DNA of 64,000 bases, taken from IMG/VR virus record IMGVR_UViG_3300020431_000008, positions 13,603 to 77,602 of that record; one strand, 5' to 3'. The translations under genes were made by a program, and so were the position numbers. Shown piece by piece: positions 40,194-53,700 of the stretch (positions within the stretch are counted from its first letter, which is position 1; every line of letters begins with the position of its first letter). This DNA is from a virus. Taxonomy: Duplodnaviria; Caudoviricetes. The notes beneath the pieces were generated by a model, which was given only the letters and a program-made list of their open reading frames with translations, was not told the origin of the DNA and searched no databases.

Positions 40194-41761
40194 TAGTCTT
40201 CCAGTTTAACTACGGTTAAATCAACAGTAATCGTTGATGATACTGATTCATTATTTGTTATTGCAGAGTAGATTGTAGTCTCAGAAGGAACATTATTATT
40301 CCATCCAATAACTCCAGGAGTCATTAAGAAACTGGTTGATCCAGTAGATACTGAACGAACTTCTGCAATCAATCCTGATCCTGGAGATGGATCCACTAAG
40401 TGAGATCTTGAAGAATCAGAAGTTCTAGATGCTGCATCAACATACAATCTTACCCAAGCAGCACTACTAATTCCAACTTTTAAAAGTCCATAAGATTTAA
40501 ATCCACTTAGATCTAAATTAGTTGTAGCTCCAACTGATACAGATCCTGTAGTTGCTGATACTACAGATCTTGAACCAACAGCAGGTTCAGTTCTTGGTAC
40601 AATGTAAATTTTGCCACCCATGTTAGGATGAGCAGTACATTGATAATAGAGTTCATTTGGAGCATCAAACTGCACATCCCAAGTTAAAGTTCCATTAGAT
40701 ACATCATTAACAGGAATTCCATCATTATACGGAGTTCCAGCTGATCCATTTGCAGTGCTCTGAATCCTAAATGGATGAGCATTCATATTATTGGTGAATT
40801 TATATTGCTGTCCTCTTGTCAAATATATTGGAGGATCACTTTCTGCTCCAGTTAAACCAGGACCAGTAAATGTATAATTATTAACTCCATCAGCACCTAG
40901 AGTCCATTCAGAAGTATAAGTTGCAATGCCAGCAACTTCTGCAAATGCTGAACCACCACCGCCTCCGCCAGATGCAGTTACAGTTACAACACCAGCTGAT
41001 ACAGGAGTTACATCTAAGTTTGTTGAGAAGTCAATTGTGCCAGCAGTTCCAACTACAGATCCATCATGTTTAATGATAATACCAGAACCTGATGCAGTGA
41101 TACCAGTAATTCCTGAACCATCACCAATAAAAGTAGTAGCAGTGATAACACCAACAGTAATATTAGGAGAACCAGTCAATCCCTGAGCATTAGTAGCAAC
41201 TGTTGCTGTTGCAGAGTTTCCACTGCAAGACCCAGAGGATCCACTAGCATTACCTGTCACATTGCCAGTTACATTGCCAGTTACATTGCCAACAACTCCA
41301 CCATTTGCATTAAGAACTCCAGTTGATGTAGTAACACCAGAGATTGATAAATTATTGCTATTAAGAGTTGTAGATATTAGTTCATTTACTGTAATATTTG
41401 GAGTTCCAGTCAGTCCCTGTGCATTAGTTGCAGTGTCTGAGTTACCAGTTACATTACCAATTACATTACCAATAAAGGATGTTGCAGTGACAACTCCAGT
41501 TACAATTACAGTGTCTGACTTGATATTCGCAGTTTGTGCAATACCAGTATTATTGACAGTTACATCTCCAGAAGAATTGCTGATTGAGATGCCACTTCCA
41601 GCAATAATAGAATTAACAACACCTGATGATAAATTATTTCCATCCCCAAGAAGAGTGTAAATTTCATCAAAATTACTAATGATCTTTTCCGCACCAGATA
41701 ACAGAGTATCACCTGCACCATCATTAGGTGTAGTACCTGTGCTTATACCTTGCTTTGCCAT
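40193..41761 (-). CDS. Fibre-like virion protein with cupredoxin-like domain
   Basis: N-terminus MAKQGISTGTTPNDGAGDTL resembles T4 gp9/gp10 N-termini; GNVT repeats; HPF...LYYQCTAHPNMGG motif. Confidence 0.8.
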   Translation of the reverse strand: MAKQGISTGTTPNDGAGDTLLSGAEKIISNFDEIYTLLGDGNNLSSGVVNSIIAGSGISISNSSGDVTVNNTGIAQTANIKSDTVIVTGVVTATSFIGNVIGNVTGNSDTATNAQGLTGTPNITVNELISTTLNSNNLSISGVTTSTGVLNANGGVVGNVTGNVTGNVTGNASGSSGSCSGNSATATVATNAQGLTGSPNITVGVITATTFIGDGSGITGITASGSGIIIKHDGSVVGTAGTIDFSTNLDVTPVSAGVVTVTASGGGGGGSAFAEVAGIATYTSEWTLGADGVNNYTFTGPGLTGAESDPPIYLTRGQQYKFTNNMNAHPFRIQSTANGSAGTPYNDGIPVNDVSNGTLTWDVQFDAPNELYYQCTAHPNMGGKIYIVPRTEPAVGSRSVVSATTGSVSVGATTNLDLSGFKSYGLLKVGISSAAWVRLYVDAASRTSDSSRSHLVDPSPGSGLIAEVRSVSTGSTSFLMTPGVIGWNNNVPSETTIYSAITNNESVSSTITVDLTVVKLED

Positions 41762-41780
41762 GTGCAGAAGATTTTAAAAG

Positions 41781-41787
41781 TATTTAT
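41781..41787 (-). promoter_or_regulatory. Late promoter (ATAAATA)
   Basis: Overlaps the stop of the 4034-aa ORF; drives the fibre and protease genes. Confidence 0.65.
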
Positions 41788-44700
41788 TAAGTATAATTGT
41801 TATATTTTAGAGAAGCTGATCTAGTTACCAGAGAACCTGTTGACAGTCCTGATATTCCCCTATTGTTATATGAGTTAAACAGATTGTTGCCAGATCTATT
41901 AGAAACATTGATTTTACCCCAACTAAACTCACCAAAACTGAAGTTAGAACTAATACCACCTTGATAAACAGAAATTATTCTGCTATCAAATGTATAGTCA
42001 ATACTATCAAATGTAATATTAGTTGTACCAAAAGTTACAGTACTGATTCCCCCAACATTGGTTATAATTCTTCTAATAGCAGTCATTCCTACTCCAAGAA
42101 CATCAACTTGTAGTATTTGTGCTGATTCAACTTGGTAGGTACAGTCAATAAATTGTGTTGTGATACCAAGAATAGATTGATCATTATATTGACTGATGAC
42201 ATCATTACCTACAAAAGGAACAACACTCAGATTAGAATTAAAAATAGTAAAGAAATCACCAGTGCCAATACCACTGACTGTAATGCCAGATCCAACATAA
42301 TTAGGATCTCTCATAAATGAATCTTTATCAATAAAGAAGTCCAAGATAAATTTCTGAGAATTCCCAACAGTAGTAATACCAAAACCAACAACTGAACCAT
42401 AGTCACCCGAATAGGAAGATACAGTCATTTCTTCTTTAGATAAGACAGGAGGTTCTATAAGAACAACAGGAAGATTTGTTGATGTATATCCTGTTCCTGC
42501 TTCAGATATATTGAATGAAGTTACATGTCCATTTGTTACAATTGCACTTGCTAAAGCATTTGTTCCAATTCCAGAGGAAATGGAGACATTTGCAGTAGAA
42601 GATGTATAACCAGCACCTGCATTAGAAATATTCAAAGCAGTGATTGAACCACCTGCAGATACTATTGCTGTTGCACTTGCTCCTACTTTTGCATCTTGTG
42701 ATACAATTTGAATTGCATTCTGAAATGCCTTGTTAGCAGCTTCATTATTGGAGTTAAAGAAAGGTCTTACATTATCAACATAAGCAATTGTTGTGCTTAC
42801 ACCAAATGATTGAATCAAATATGATGCAGGATAAATTTGTGGTTCATATTCAATTCTATCCTTGCCGATATATTTTCCATTGATAAATTTATCAACAGAT
42901 TGCTTACACCAAGTAACAGGTCTAAGTATAGATTGGTCACTAGTGACTCCAGGACCAGGATAGTTATTTGTTTCAGTAGAATCAAGGGTATTGATACCTG
43001 TAACTGTTCTTGAATTTTGATTTAATGTAATTGGTTGACCTAAATCTGGATTATTATCAATATCTAATAGATCACCAATCTTAATAGTCTCCAAAACATC
43101 TGTAAAGATAACATCTACACTACCAGAACCTTTGTAGAAAATAATTTTAGAAGTATCACTACTATTTTCAACATCAGTTAATCCTGATTTAGGTGCTTCA
43201 GCAAATGTGATCACACTACCACCTTCAAACTGATATGCAACACCAGGTTGCTGGAGGATATCATTGATGAATACTAATAGGGTCTTATCCACTTCAATGT
43301 TTGAACCAGCTTGGGATCTGATTGAAATTGGTTGACCATTAATAGTAAGTTTAAATGACTTTTGAGTTCCATCAAACTGACTATCTAGTGCATCAAATAC
43401 TTCAAACTCTCCAACACTCCAACCATTAAACTGATCACTGTAAATATCCTCAATTGTAATTTGGAACTCTTCAAATGGCAAACTAGAATTGACTGGAATA
43501 CCATTGAGTCCACCAACAGGAACAGTTAAAATCTGTCCAGGTCCAAAAGCATAACCTGAGTTTCTAAGTTCAAAATTAATAATACTTGATCCTTGACCTA
43601 CAACAATATCAACTGTTGCACTCTGTCCAATTCCTGCAGGACTAGAAGCAGAATACTCAAGTGGAATATCTATGTAACTCAAAGGTGAATCAAATACTAC
43701 AACAGGTGTATTGGATGATGTATAACCAGAACCAGGATTAGTGATATTGATACTTACAATATGACCACCTTGAATAGTTGCTGTTCCAATATTCTCAATT
43801 GAAGGAATGACTCCATTGAATGTCTGAACACCAACATTAACAATTTGAGAACCTGACCTGTATCCAGAACCACTATTGCCAATGCTGACAGAAGAGATAG
43901 TACCAACACCAGATATAGTTGCTGTTCCTGCAGCAGATACTAATGGTTGGTATCCATTTCCTTCTGTTGATCCAACAGAAATAATCAGTCCTCCTGCTGG
44001 GAACTTAGACTTGTTGGGATCATAACCTTCTGGTGTTCCAGAACCATTATATCTGATTGAAGTAATTCCACTATCTTCAATAATCTGATAATCACCTTGA
44101 GTTGCTTGAATACCTTGTGGAGACTGGTATATGTTATTTGTAAGAATAACAGTATCATAAGAAATTCCAGAAAGATCAGAACCAGAAGATTGAAGTGTAA
44201 AAATACTACTTACTCCAGTGAAACTGCTAGAGAAGTCATCAAAGACATTATTAAGATGATATGTTTCTAGAGTTGTGCCTGAACCAGCACGCTTCATAAA
44301 GGTTCTACCCTGGAATGAAGAACTGGATGTGATACCAGTCCAATCTCTCTCATCTGGAGGATTAGTTGTTGAACTTAGTGGAATATTGCCGTAAGGAGGA
44401 GAAGAGAAAATAATTGAATTTCCTACAATATTATAATTACCAGAATACTTGGTGATTGTTGCTCCAGCAAGATGGTTTGTTAGTTTAGTCCCTAATTCTG
44501 GTCTAGTTACTAAAAGGTTACTGGCAACACCAAAAGTTCCAACTGATTGAACAATCATAAATTCATCATCAATCTTAATAATATCACCAGAGGCAAAAGA
44601 AGAAACTCCCACAGTATCCAAAACTAAATCAAACAAAATATTTTGATTAAGTATAGTTGTAATTTTAGTTGAAGCAACTGGTGCCTGAATCATATTATCA

Positions 44701-47700
44701 ACAGCAAGTAGTGCTTTTGCGTTTGCATTCTTAGCAGTGATTGTATGTGATGCCCCTATGCCAACAGAATTAAGAATAAGAGTAGATGGAGGAACAGAAA
44801 GAGCATCTTCTGCAGTAGCAGCAAATCTCAATTTACTTTCATCAAGCTTAACCAAGAAGACCTCTTCTGGAAGTAAGTCAGTTGAACCAATGCCAGGAAT
44901 GACAGCAGTGACAATGCCAATACCAGATGTATGACCCACCCCTGGTGCTCCATATGTAACACTCTCACCACTTACAAAGAAGTGATTGGGGATTTGAATA
45001 AAGTCATTTTGCAGGTCAACAACAGTTGAACTTGATCCATCAAATATTCTTCTGAAAATTGGGTTTCCTTTATGATTAAGTTCAAATGATTTCTTAAGAC
45101 TTAGTTTTGTGCCTGAATAAGTGTCATTATTTGTATTAATAATAACATTGTTAAGATCAATATCTGTTGGATTTGCATTTTCAGTAGTAATCTGCAATTG
45201 ATTGAAATATGCCCTAACCTCAACTGCTTTGTTAGCAACTGGAGTATAAACAATATCAAGACCATCAGTAATTTTACTTATTCCAACAGTTCCAATGCCT
45301 GATCCTGTTGATGTATTTGCATATTCAACACAAAATTCATTAGATGATGAATTGATGGCAGCAAATTCAAACATCTCATACTCACTATCAGTGGTATTCT
45401 CTACAACAACAATGCAGTATGTTGCCTCATAAGGTGTTATATAAGATGAAATTACATTAGTTGTTGGTGAAGCTGAAGCAGAGATTGATGAATAAGAAGA
45501 ACCTACTCTAGTAACGTCTAAGTCAAAAGAACCAGTAGAAGTTCCATTGTCAGAGATTGCCATAACAGCAGAGTTACAATGAAGTGTCTTTGTAGTATTA
45601 CTGTGGAATTCAACAATAATATTTCCACCACTAATTCTTGCACCAAATGTGCCTATTCCTGAACTATAAGTATTTTCCGACTCATTGATGCTTCCGTACT
45701 CTAGAAGCGAGACATCTGTGCCATCATGTATGATGTTAAGTTCAGTTGAGTAGAAAGTATCTGTAGGAACCTCTTCAACCATTGAGAGGACCTTAAGTGC
45801 TCTATATGTGGTTCCTACAGAAACAAGTGTGCCTGTGGAACTTGGGGGTATAATAGATCTTTGGCTGAATACACTAGATACATCACCATAACTTCTAGTC
45901 CCAGTAGTAGTCTTATCATCTAAGATACTAAAAGCAACAGATGACACATCATATGAGTTTACTTCAAACTTGACTGGGAAGAATGTAAGATCCCATCCAC
46001 CAGCAGTAGCAATATAATCAAAATACCCTAGGTATGGGTAAGTCTCAAGAGTTGCATATTGATTAATATATCCAATATTGTCATTCTGAATTATAGAGAC
46101 AATAGAGAATTGCCTTTCATCAGTAAATACTTGATCTCTTGCAAGAGTTACAATTTTATTGTAGGTATAGTTTGATTCAAATGATGCAATTGATTCATAG
46201 GGTTCTGCTCTCTCATTGCTATTAAATTTAGTAGAAACATCATCAATACTCAAAACTCTATTACCAACAGACTGAAAGTAATCTGATAGAATTCTATTAT
46301 CAAAGATAATCTCATTTGAGAATTCTTTACCATTTACAACAAAACTTGTTTCAGTTACATTATCATAATCATAGAAACAGTTTAGATCACCCTTTCCAAT
46401 AATATCTACAACTGTCTCAATATTAGAATCAATTGCATTGACAGGAACTGATGCCTGTCCAACAGGTGCTGCAGCACTCTCAATTTCAAAATCAGCAAAT
46501 CTCTTAAATCCTGCAGTGTGATTCAATGCTCCAACTGCATTATTCCAACTATTAAAATCAACATTAGACTTTAGTGAATATGAGAAATTTTGGTAGTACT
46601 CATTATTGGGAATTCTTTGCAGATTGTCATTAAGGAATCCAGTATTTCTATTCCAACCATTGACGATAGTTGTGCCAGCACCTGTTTCAATTTCTGCTTT
46701 GAAATCATATTTGGTTCTAACAATACCTTGAGTATTTGAAGTGAGACCTCTAATATTCTCACCAAGATTAAATTCAAATGGTGTAGATACTTTGAGGATT
46801 TCTGTATTTTTATTCCAACTCTCTACAGTTCCATTACGCTCCCCATTAGTTACTTGCTCATCTAGGAAATAATCATTTTTCTTAAGAACTACATCAAAGA
46901 TTGGGAACTGTGAAACTGGTACAATTCTTCCCCTTATAGGTGTAGTAACATTTCCAGGTTCTTGAGTGCCACTAATGACCTCAGACATATCATAATCAAT
47001 AAATGAACCAGTACCACCAAGATTTGTCTGAATCCCAATTACAGGGAAATATGCATAATTATATTGTGAAGAGTTATAACCAGTTCCTGTAGTTCCAACA
47101 CCTACATTAATTCCTTCAACAAAAATGTCTTCTCCAACAACAAAAGGGAAGTCCTCTTCATCGCTGAATATTGTATTGAAGAATACCCTCACATTCTTGT
47201 TGGAATTGGTATAAACTATTGAATTGATTCCTATGCCATTAGTATTATTGGTTGGTACAATTCTAGGCAATGTCTCATATAAACCAGTTGAATTTTTGAT
47301 AATCGAAACTTGATTATCACCAAGAGTATATGTAATTTTAATATCTTCGTTGATCTTATTAGTATATCCATCAATTACTACCAAATCAGGTGCTAAGAGA
47401 TAGTTGATACCATTTGATGTAATTCCAATTCTTTCAATTGAATTGAGTGATTCAATTTCAAGAATTTCAGGAAGATTTGCCACTACTCTCAAAGTATTAT
47501 CATGAGGATAATCAAAACCAATATTATTGGATGAATATTTGTAATTTAAAATCTGACCAATATTCTTACTCTCAGGATAAAGAATAGCATCAGTTCCAAA
47601 ACCGCTTCTTACTGTAGTAATTCCAGGAAGACTTCTATATCCTGACCCAGAATTGCTAATCTCTACATCAGAAATAGCACCATATGCGGTAAGAGAATCA

Positions 47701-50700
47701 GTATCATATAAAGGTAATGCATTAGTTCTATCATATGAAAGAATATCAGGAACTTTATTGATATTATAAGTGAATGATATTGTTCCTATTCCAGAAACTT
47801 TTTGTAAACCATCATAATCAGTAGGAACCAGATTGATTTGATTATATGAGGATACCTCACTGTCAATGATCATCTCTCTATTGACTAGAGGAGAGAATGT
47901 AGTGTTTGTATTGCTGAATGAGTACCAAAGAACTGAAGGGACATAATCAGAAACAAACAAAGTTAAGTTTGCTGTTGCATCTACTCCAGGTTGACCACTT
48001 TTTGTAACTTCAAACTTGTTATCCTTTCCTGAGGTAAGATAAAGTGACCTATAAAAAGAATCAGAATATATGTTTAAATCAAATGCAGAATATCTATTGC
48101 TGTTAGACACAAAAGACAGTGATGAATCTGAAAGGTCAAACTTAAGAGTACTATTTTTGCTTACATTGATGAGGGGGTTAATTTTAGAAAGAGTGCCAGC
48201 AGAAGATGTCTTGATGTTTACAAATCTAGGTTCAACCTGATTGATCTCTGATCTTTCTTCTACAAGTTTAATCCTTACAGGTGTGTGAACAACAACATAG
48301 TAGATACCTTCATTTACTAAACCACCAGAAGGAGTTGATGATGTATAAATGACTTTATCACCAGTCTTGAATGGGTTGTTGTTGAAAAGTATGGAATCAT
48401 CAAAAGTTGAAATATCTCCAGATACAAATGATTTTGGATTAAATACTATCCTTCTATTGAATTCATCATACTTTACAGTTACAACTACTTCATTACTTGG
48501 TTTAAGATCAATATTAACTTCATCTCCAACAAATAGACCATGTGTTGATGCTGTAGATACTGTGACTACATTCTTTTGTATTTGACCAGTAACAACATCA
48601 TTACGTCTTGTTCTAAGGTTATGGTAAACTCCTGTTCCAACATTGGTGAAGTAGAGAAGTCCATTAGTGTCATTTACACCAATATATCTACCAGTTATAG
48701 TAGAAAATCCAACTCTATTAGTTGAAAGTCCCACAAATCTATTTGAGATACGAACAGCATAGAATGTTCCTAAACCTGAAAGTGGTACAGTACTTGATGC
48801 TCCTACAGCACCGTTCCAAGTATTGATAGAGTCACCACCATTGGTAGAATACTCCACAATCTCATTCATCAAAAGACCATGGTTTGGATAGTATATTGAT
48901 TGTGGTGGGATTGACACAACCGAAGCACCTGCTCCTGGATTAGAGAATGTGACTGTTGTTTCATTTCCTGTTCCCAATGCTGTTCCAAGTCCCAATGCTT
49001 CAGCAGGATTGAAATACAATACACTATTAAGTCTCAGTGTCTGTGTAGTTCTCGCAATACCAGAATTAATAGTAAATTTTCTTGGATCTTTGAAGATCTT
49101 AGTTAACACATTATGAGAAGTTCCAATAGTGCCAGACTGCTCTCTCAGAACTTGAATTCTTTGATTTCTTCTGTCAAGAGTGAGAACTCTGACCTTCTCA
49201 CCACCAACTTCCATAATATCATCAGGTCTAACATATGGATATTGAATAGCGCCACCCACATCAAAATAGGTTGTCATTCCTGTTACAGAAGTATCTCCCA
49301 CACCAGTAAGAAGGACAAATGAACCAGTGCTTATACCAATTTGATAGTTGCCATCTAATCCATCATAATATCTAGATAGACCAGAAATATTGACAAGATC
49401 ACCATCAGATAATTTATGAGGATCTGAACTATATCCAACAAACTGTCCTCTTGATTCATATGGAATGAACTCAATATCATAGACTTCTGTTGACGCTGCA
49501 CTTACAGAACTTACTTTTTTGCCAAGTACTCTTTCTACCCTACCTGCAGCATTGTTTCCTCCAGTGAAAGAGTTGTCAAAAACAAGTTGATCATTTACTC
49601 TATAATCTTTACCTCCAGTAAAGATTCCAACACCTTGAATACCACCAGCAGATGCTGATATAATATCAATTTTCTGCTTCTTGTATGTATTTGAGTTGAA
49701 AATATAATCATAACCACTCAATGAATTATTCATATGATATGGAGTGGTATTTCTAAACCAACCATCTTTTTCAATATTAAAATCTACATGATTAGAAGAA
49801 GAGGAGAAGTTGAATTTATTTGGATCAGAATTAAATGTATTGCCAATTACATATGGAAATACTGGTCTTCTATAGTTTTTGAAAGATCCAGAAGTATCTG
49901 AAGTTTCTCTGATGGTAGTGAAGTAAGCGTATGTTCCTTCTGGATAATCAGGTGTAACGCAGTATCTTCCATTATTCTTATCTAAATCACCAGTTGCTTT
50001 GAATACAAAGTCTTCAACAAAGAACCCATCTGTATATTGTGAAATAGGTGGTCTGTTTGTGCTATTCAGAGCAATCTCATAACCAGATATCATTCTCTTA
50101 ATAGATCCGCCAGAAGCAGAACTAAATCCATATGGTCCATAGATTGGGTGACCATCATATGCCCAACCAAGAATTGGAGAGTGTTTTACAGAAGTAACTT
50201 CAATATCGTTCTCTTTCTTCAGATCACTCTCTGTGTAAATTGTATTGCCATTGGCATCAATTGCATATGTGCTTTCTCTCAGATATCTGGATGGATATAG
50301 ATGTGAATATTCTAGTGTTTTGCCACTAATTGAAGTATCAACTATGCCATCATCTCCTAAAATATTAGGAAGATTTCTAGCAAATAGATTAATAGTCCAC
50401 TGATTGATATCTGTAAAAACAGTTGCATCGATTCCAGAAGGTTTGACAATAATATCAGTATCACTAGAGTATCCTGCTCCACCGCTAATAACTTTGACCT
50501 CTGTGATCACACCATTCAAAGTAATAGGTGTTAGTCTTGCAAAAGAACCTATTCCACTGATAGAAAGATCTGGAGGTGAATTATATTCTTTACCACCTTG
50601 ATTGACTAGGACTTCTACAATTCTTCCATTAGAAACGATAGGAGTTAGTTGAGCTCCAAATCCACTATTGAATGTGACAACAGGTTGTCTATTGAAGTTT

Positions 50701-53700
50701 AAAACTTCAGAAGCACCATATCCAATACCTTCATCTATAATATCAATAGAATCAATAGAACCTCTAAAAACTGGTTGAACCTTACAGGAGAAGTCTTGAT
50801 TAGTTAGTGTATTAACACCAATAGTTCCTTGTATAGTAACTGCAATTGGGTTATAGTTAAATGTGCCATTGCCCTCAGATTTAATATTTGTGAAAATATT
50901 ATTATCATAGAAATAATCAGATTGAGTTTGACCAGTTCCTACCTCTGAGAGTGAGAATGTATTATCATCAATCTTGACCACATAGTATTCAGTGGTGGAA
51001 TCAATACCATCAATGGCAGTTGCTCCTGCTGTATATCTTACAATTTCCTTTTCGTTATAACCATGATTAGTGATGGTAATCTGATCAATTGCAGTATTGA
51101 CTCCAACAATAAGTCTCTTTTTATTCTTATAACCAGAACCTGCATTATCTACAATGATATTGGAGACAATTTTCTTTCTTTCATAGGACTTGAACTCTTG
51201 TATACCAACACCATAACCTGTAATTACAACAGTATTGATTCCTACATTGGCATCATTAAAATTATCATGTAGTGTGACAGTTAAAGAATCAACTATATTT
51301 GCATAATAATCAGCACCTGTAGTGAGTCCAGCAACACCTGTGACACCTTCTGTCAAATATACAATTCTTTCATTCTCTCTAAACTTATGATATGTTGAGA
51401 AACCAATAGTGTTATTTGAAAGACTCAATCCACTCTTAGTTCCAGGACCAGAGTTGAACTGAACACTGTGGTCAATAGAAGCAAGATTGACCTTAGCAGA
51501 TGCATCAATACCTTGTCCTCCACTAATAATAACAATAGGGTCATCTGTATAGTCAAACCCATTATCAATCACCCTGACCTCTTCTAGAGACCCCTCAACA
51601 GCAACTATACCAGTAGCACCAATACCAATGATATCATTGACCTTCATGATTGGTGGATTGATTACATCATATCCTTGACCAGTATTATTAATGACTATTC
51701 CTTTAATGCCACCATAGAAAATAGTATCAGGTGATTTGTAGTTAATAAGTTCAACACCATTAATTAGAATTCCATTATATCCTGGCGAAGTTCTATATTC
51801 CCCAACCTTTGTGGATGGATTATTGATTTCTCTATAGATCTTCTGAGGAGATATATTTTTTTGATAGAAGTCATAATAGCAGAACTTATTATCAGTTACA
51901 GTTCCAATAGGTGAGATGTATCTGTTATTAAAGATATCTGATGTACTTCTAGCAAGTTTAATAGTAGTAGAACTTACTCTCTTAACATAATAAACACCTT
52001 CTGTTACATTATCAAAAGCATCAACAGTCTCTGATGTAAATGAAATGCCGTTAGATGTGGTTGTAGTAACAATATTTACCTTTGGACTATAGTATACAGG
52101 ATCTCCTGTATACAACCCATGATCAGATATTGGAGTAACAACTAGATTATCTCCAATAGCGCTACCAGAGAAATTAAACTCTCTATTGTATGGATTAGTA
52201 GGTATTGAATTGTAGTTTGGGACAGAGTTGGATGCTACAATAAAATCTCCATTAAACTTCTCATATGTGTTGAGAACATTAGCATTAATATTGTTGAGTG
52301 CAGGATACTTTGTAGAAGAACCCTTAAGAATCTGATTCTCTAGAGTCCAAGTAAGAGAAAACTGTGATTCTGAGATATTCTCAGAAAGGATAGCAGTGAA
52401 CTCAGTCTCAGACAGAACAGCAGATATAGTAAGTGATCTTTCAAGACCAGTATTACTCCTAAGAGATAATCTGTAACCAGATTTTAAAAATATGCTATCG
52501 AATGTTTTTATTGTAAATATTTTCTCACTAGAATCAACTAAAGTGAATGTTGAAACTTTCCAATTTGTCTTAATGTTATAATTCCAAGATTTAGATTTAT
52601 TTTGTTTTGACTCTAAACCTATTGACTTAACATTGACAGTATCGTCTTTCTTGAAGAAGTAGGTATCACTATTGATTTTGAAATTTGTAAGAGATGTGAC
52701 AACTCTTACCTGCACCTGTCCTTTAGGTGTATCAGAATAACTATAATTATTGAGACAGATGTCAGTCTTTGAATTTATTGCAGTAGTTGCAGTGGTAACA
52801 CCTAAAAACTGAGTTAATGTCTTTTCAGAATACGCAAGAATATCCTCATCACCATCAACATTAACTACTGAGAGTGCTCCAGATGCTGGGAAACTTACTG
52901 TAGAATCTACGTCTATTACTGTTGATCCAACTGAAACACTATTGAGAATTTTAGTTTTAGGATTTGGTTCAAACTTGCCATAAATTGTTCCTTCAACATT
53001 GCTATCTCTTCTATACCCATAGTCAATAGCAATTTGATAGAAATCTCCTTCAGTATAATTAATCTTCTCTACATTAGTTACAGTTCCTCTAGCACCAGTT
53101 CTATTCTGATAGAACGTTTGATTCTTCAGTTCAAGAGGATCACCAAGATATCCTTCAACCACATAGTCCTGTGTGAGTTTGTAATCAGCATCAGATGGTT
53201 TAATCAAGAACTTGCTAGGTCTAATGACCTCTACATCAGCACCATATAATGCTCTGAACAAAATCTCAAATGATTGATCTGTTCCTTTTGATTTATAAAA
53301 ACTGTCAGAAGAAAATATGAAATTTCTTTGATCCAGACCAGAATGAAGCGTTCTCTCTGAGAAACCTGGAATGAATTGATTTTTAATTCTTTTGAAAAAT
53401 TCTTGTAAGAATCTTATATTGAGATTGTAGATAGTAGAACCACTTACGTGGTCAGCAGACTCTGTTCTCTCAAATGTTAGTTGGTCAGGGGTATTGGTCC
53501 CAATATAGTCTGTGATGCCACTGAACCCCCTTGTACACCCCTCAAAAGTGGTCTTTGTCTTGGACTCATATGAAATGATTTCATTATCAATTTGAATCAA
53601 ACCATTAGATTCTGGAAACCCATCAGTAAAGTTTTGATCGGCAGACGTAACAATAGTTGTATCTAGGAAAGTTATATCTCCCAACAAGATAGTAGAATCT

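Noticed and set aside
41230-41300. Tandem 12-nt repeats (gttacattgcca) as a DGR or VNTR element
   Set aside because: They encode GNVT fibre repeats in frame; no reverse transcriptase or template/variable repeat pair seen
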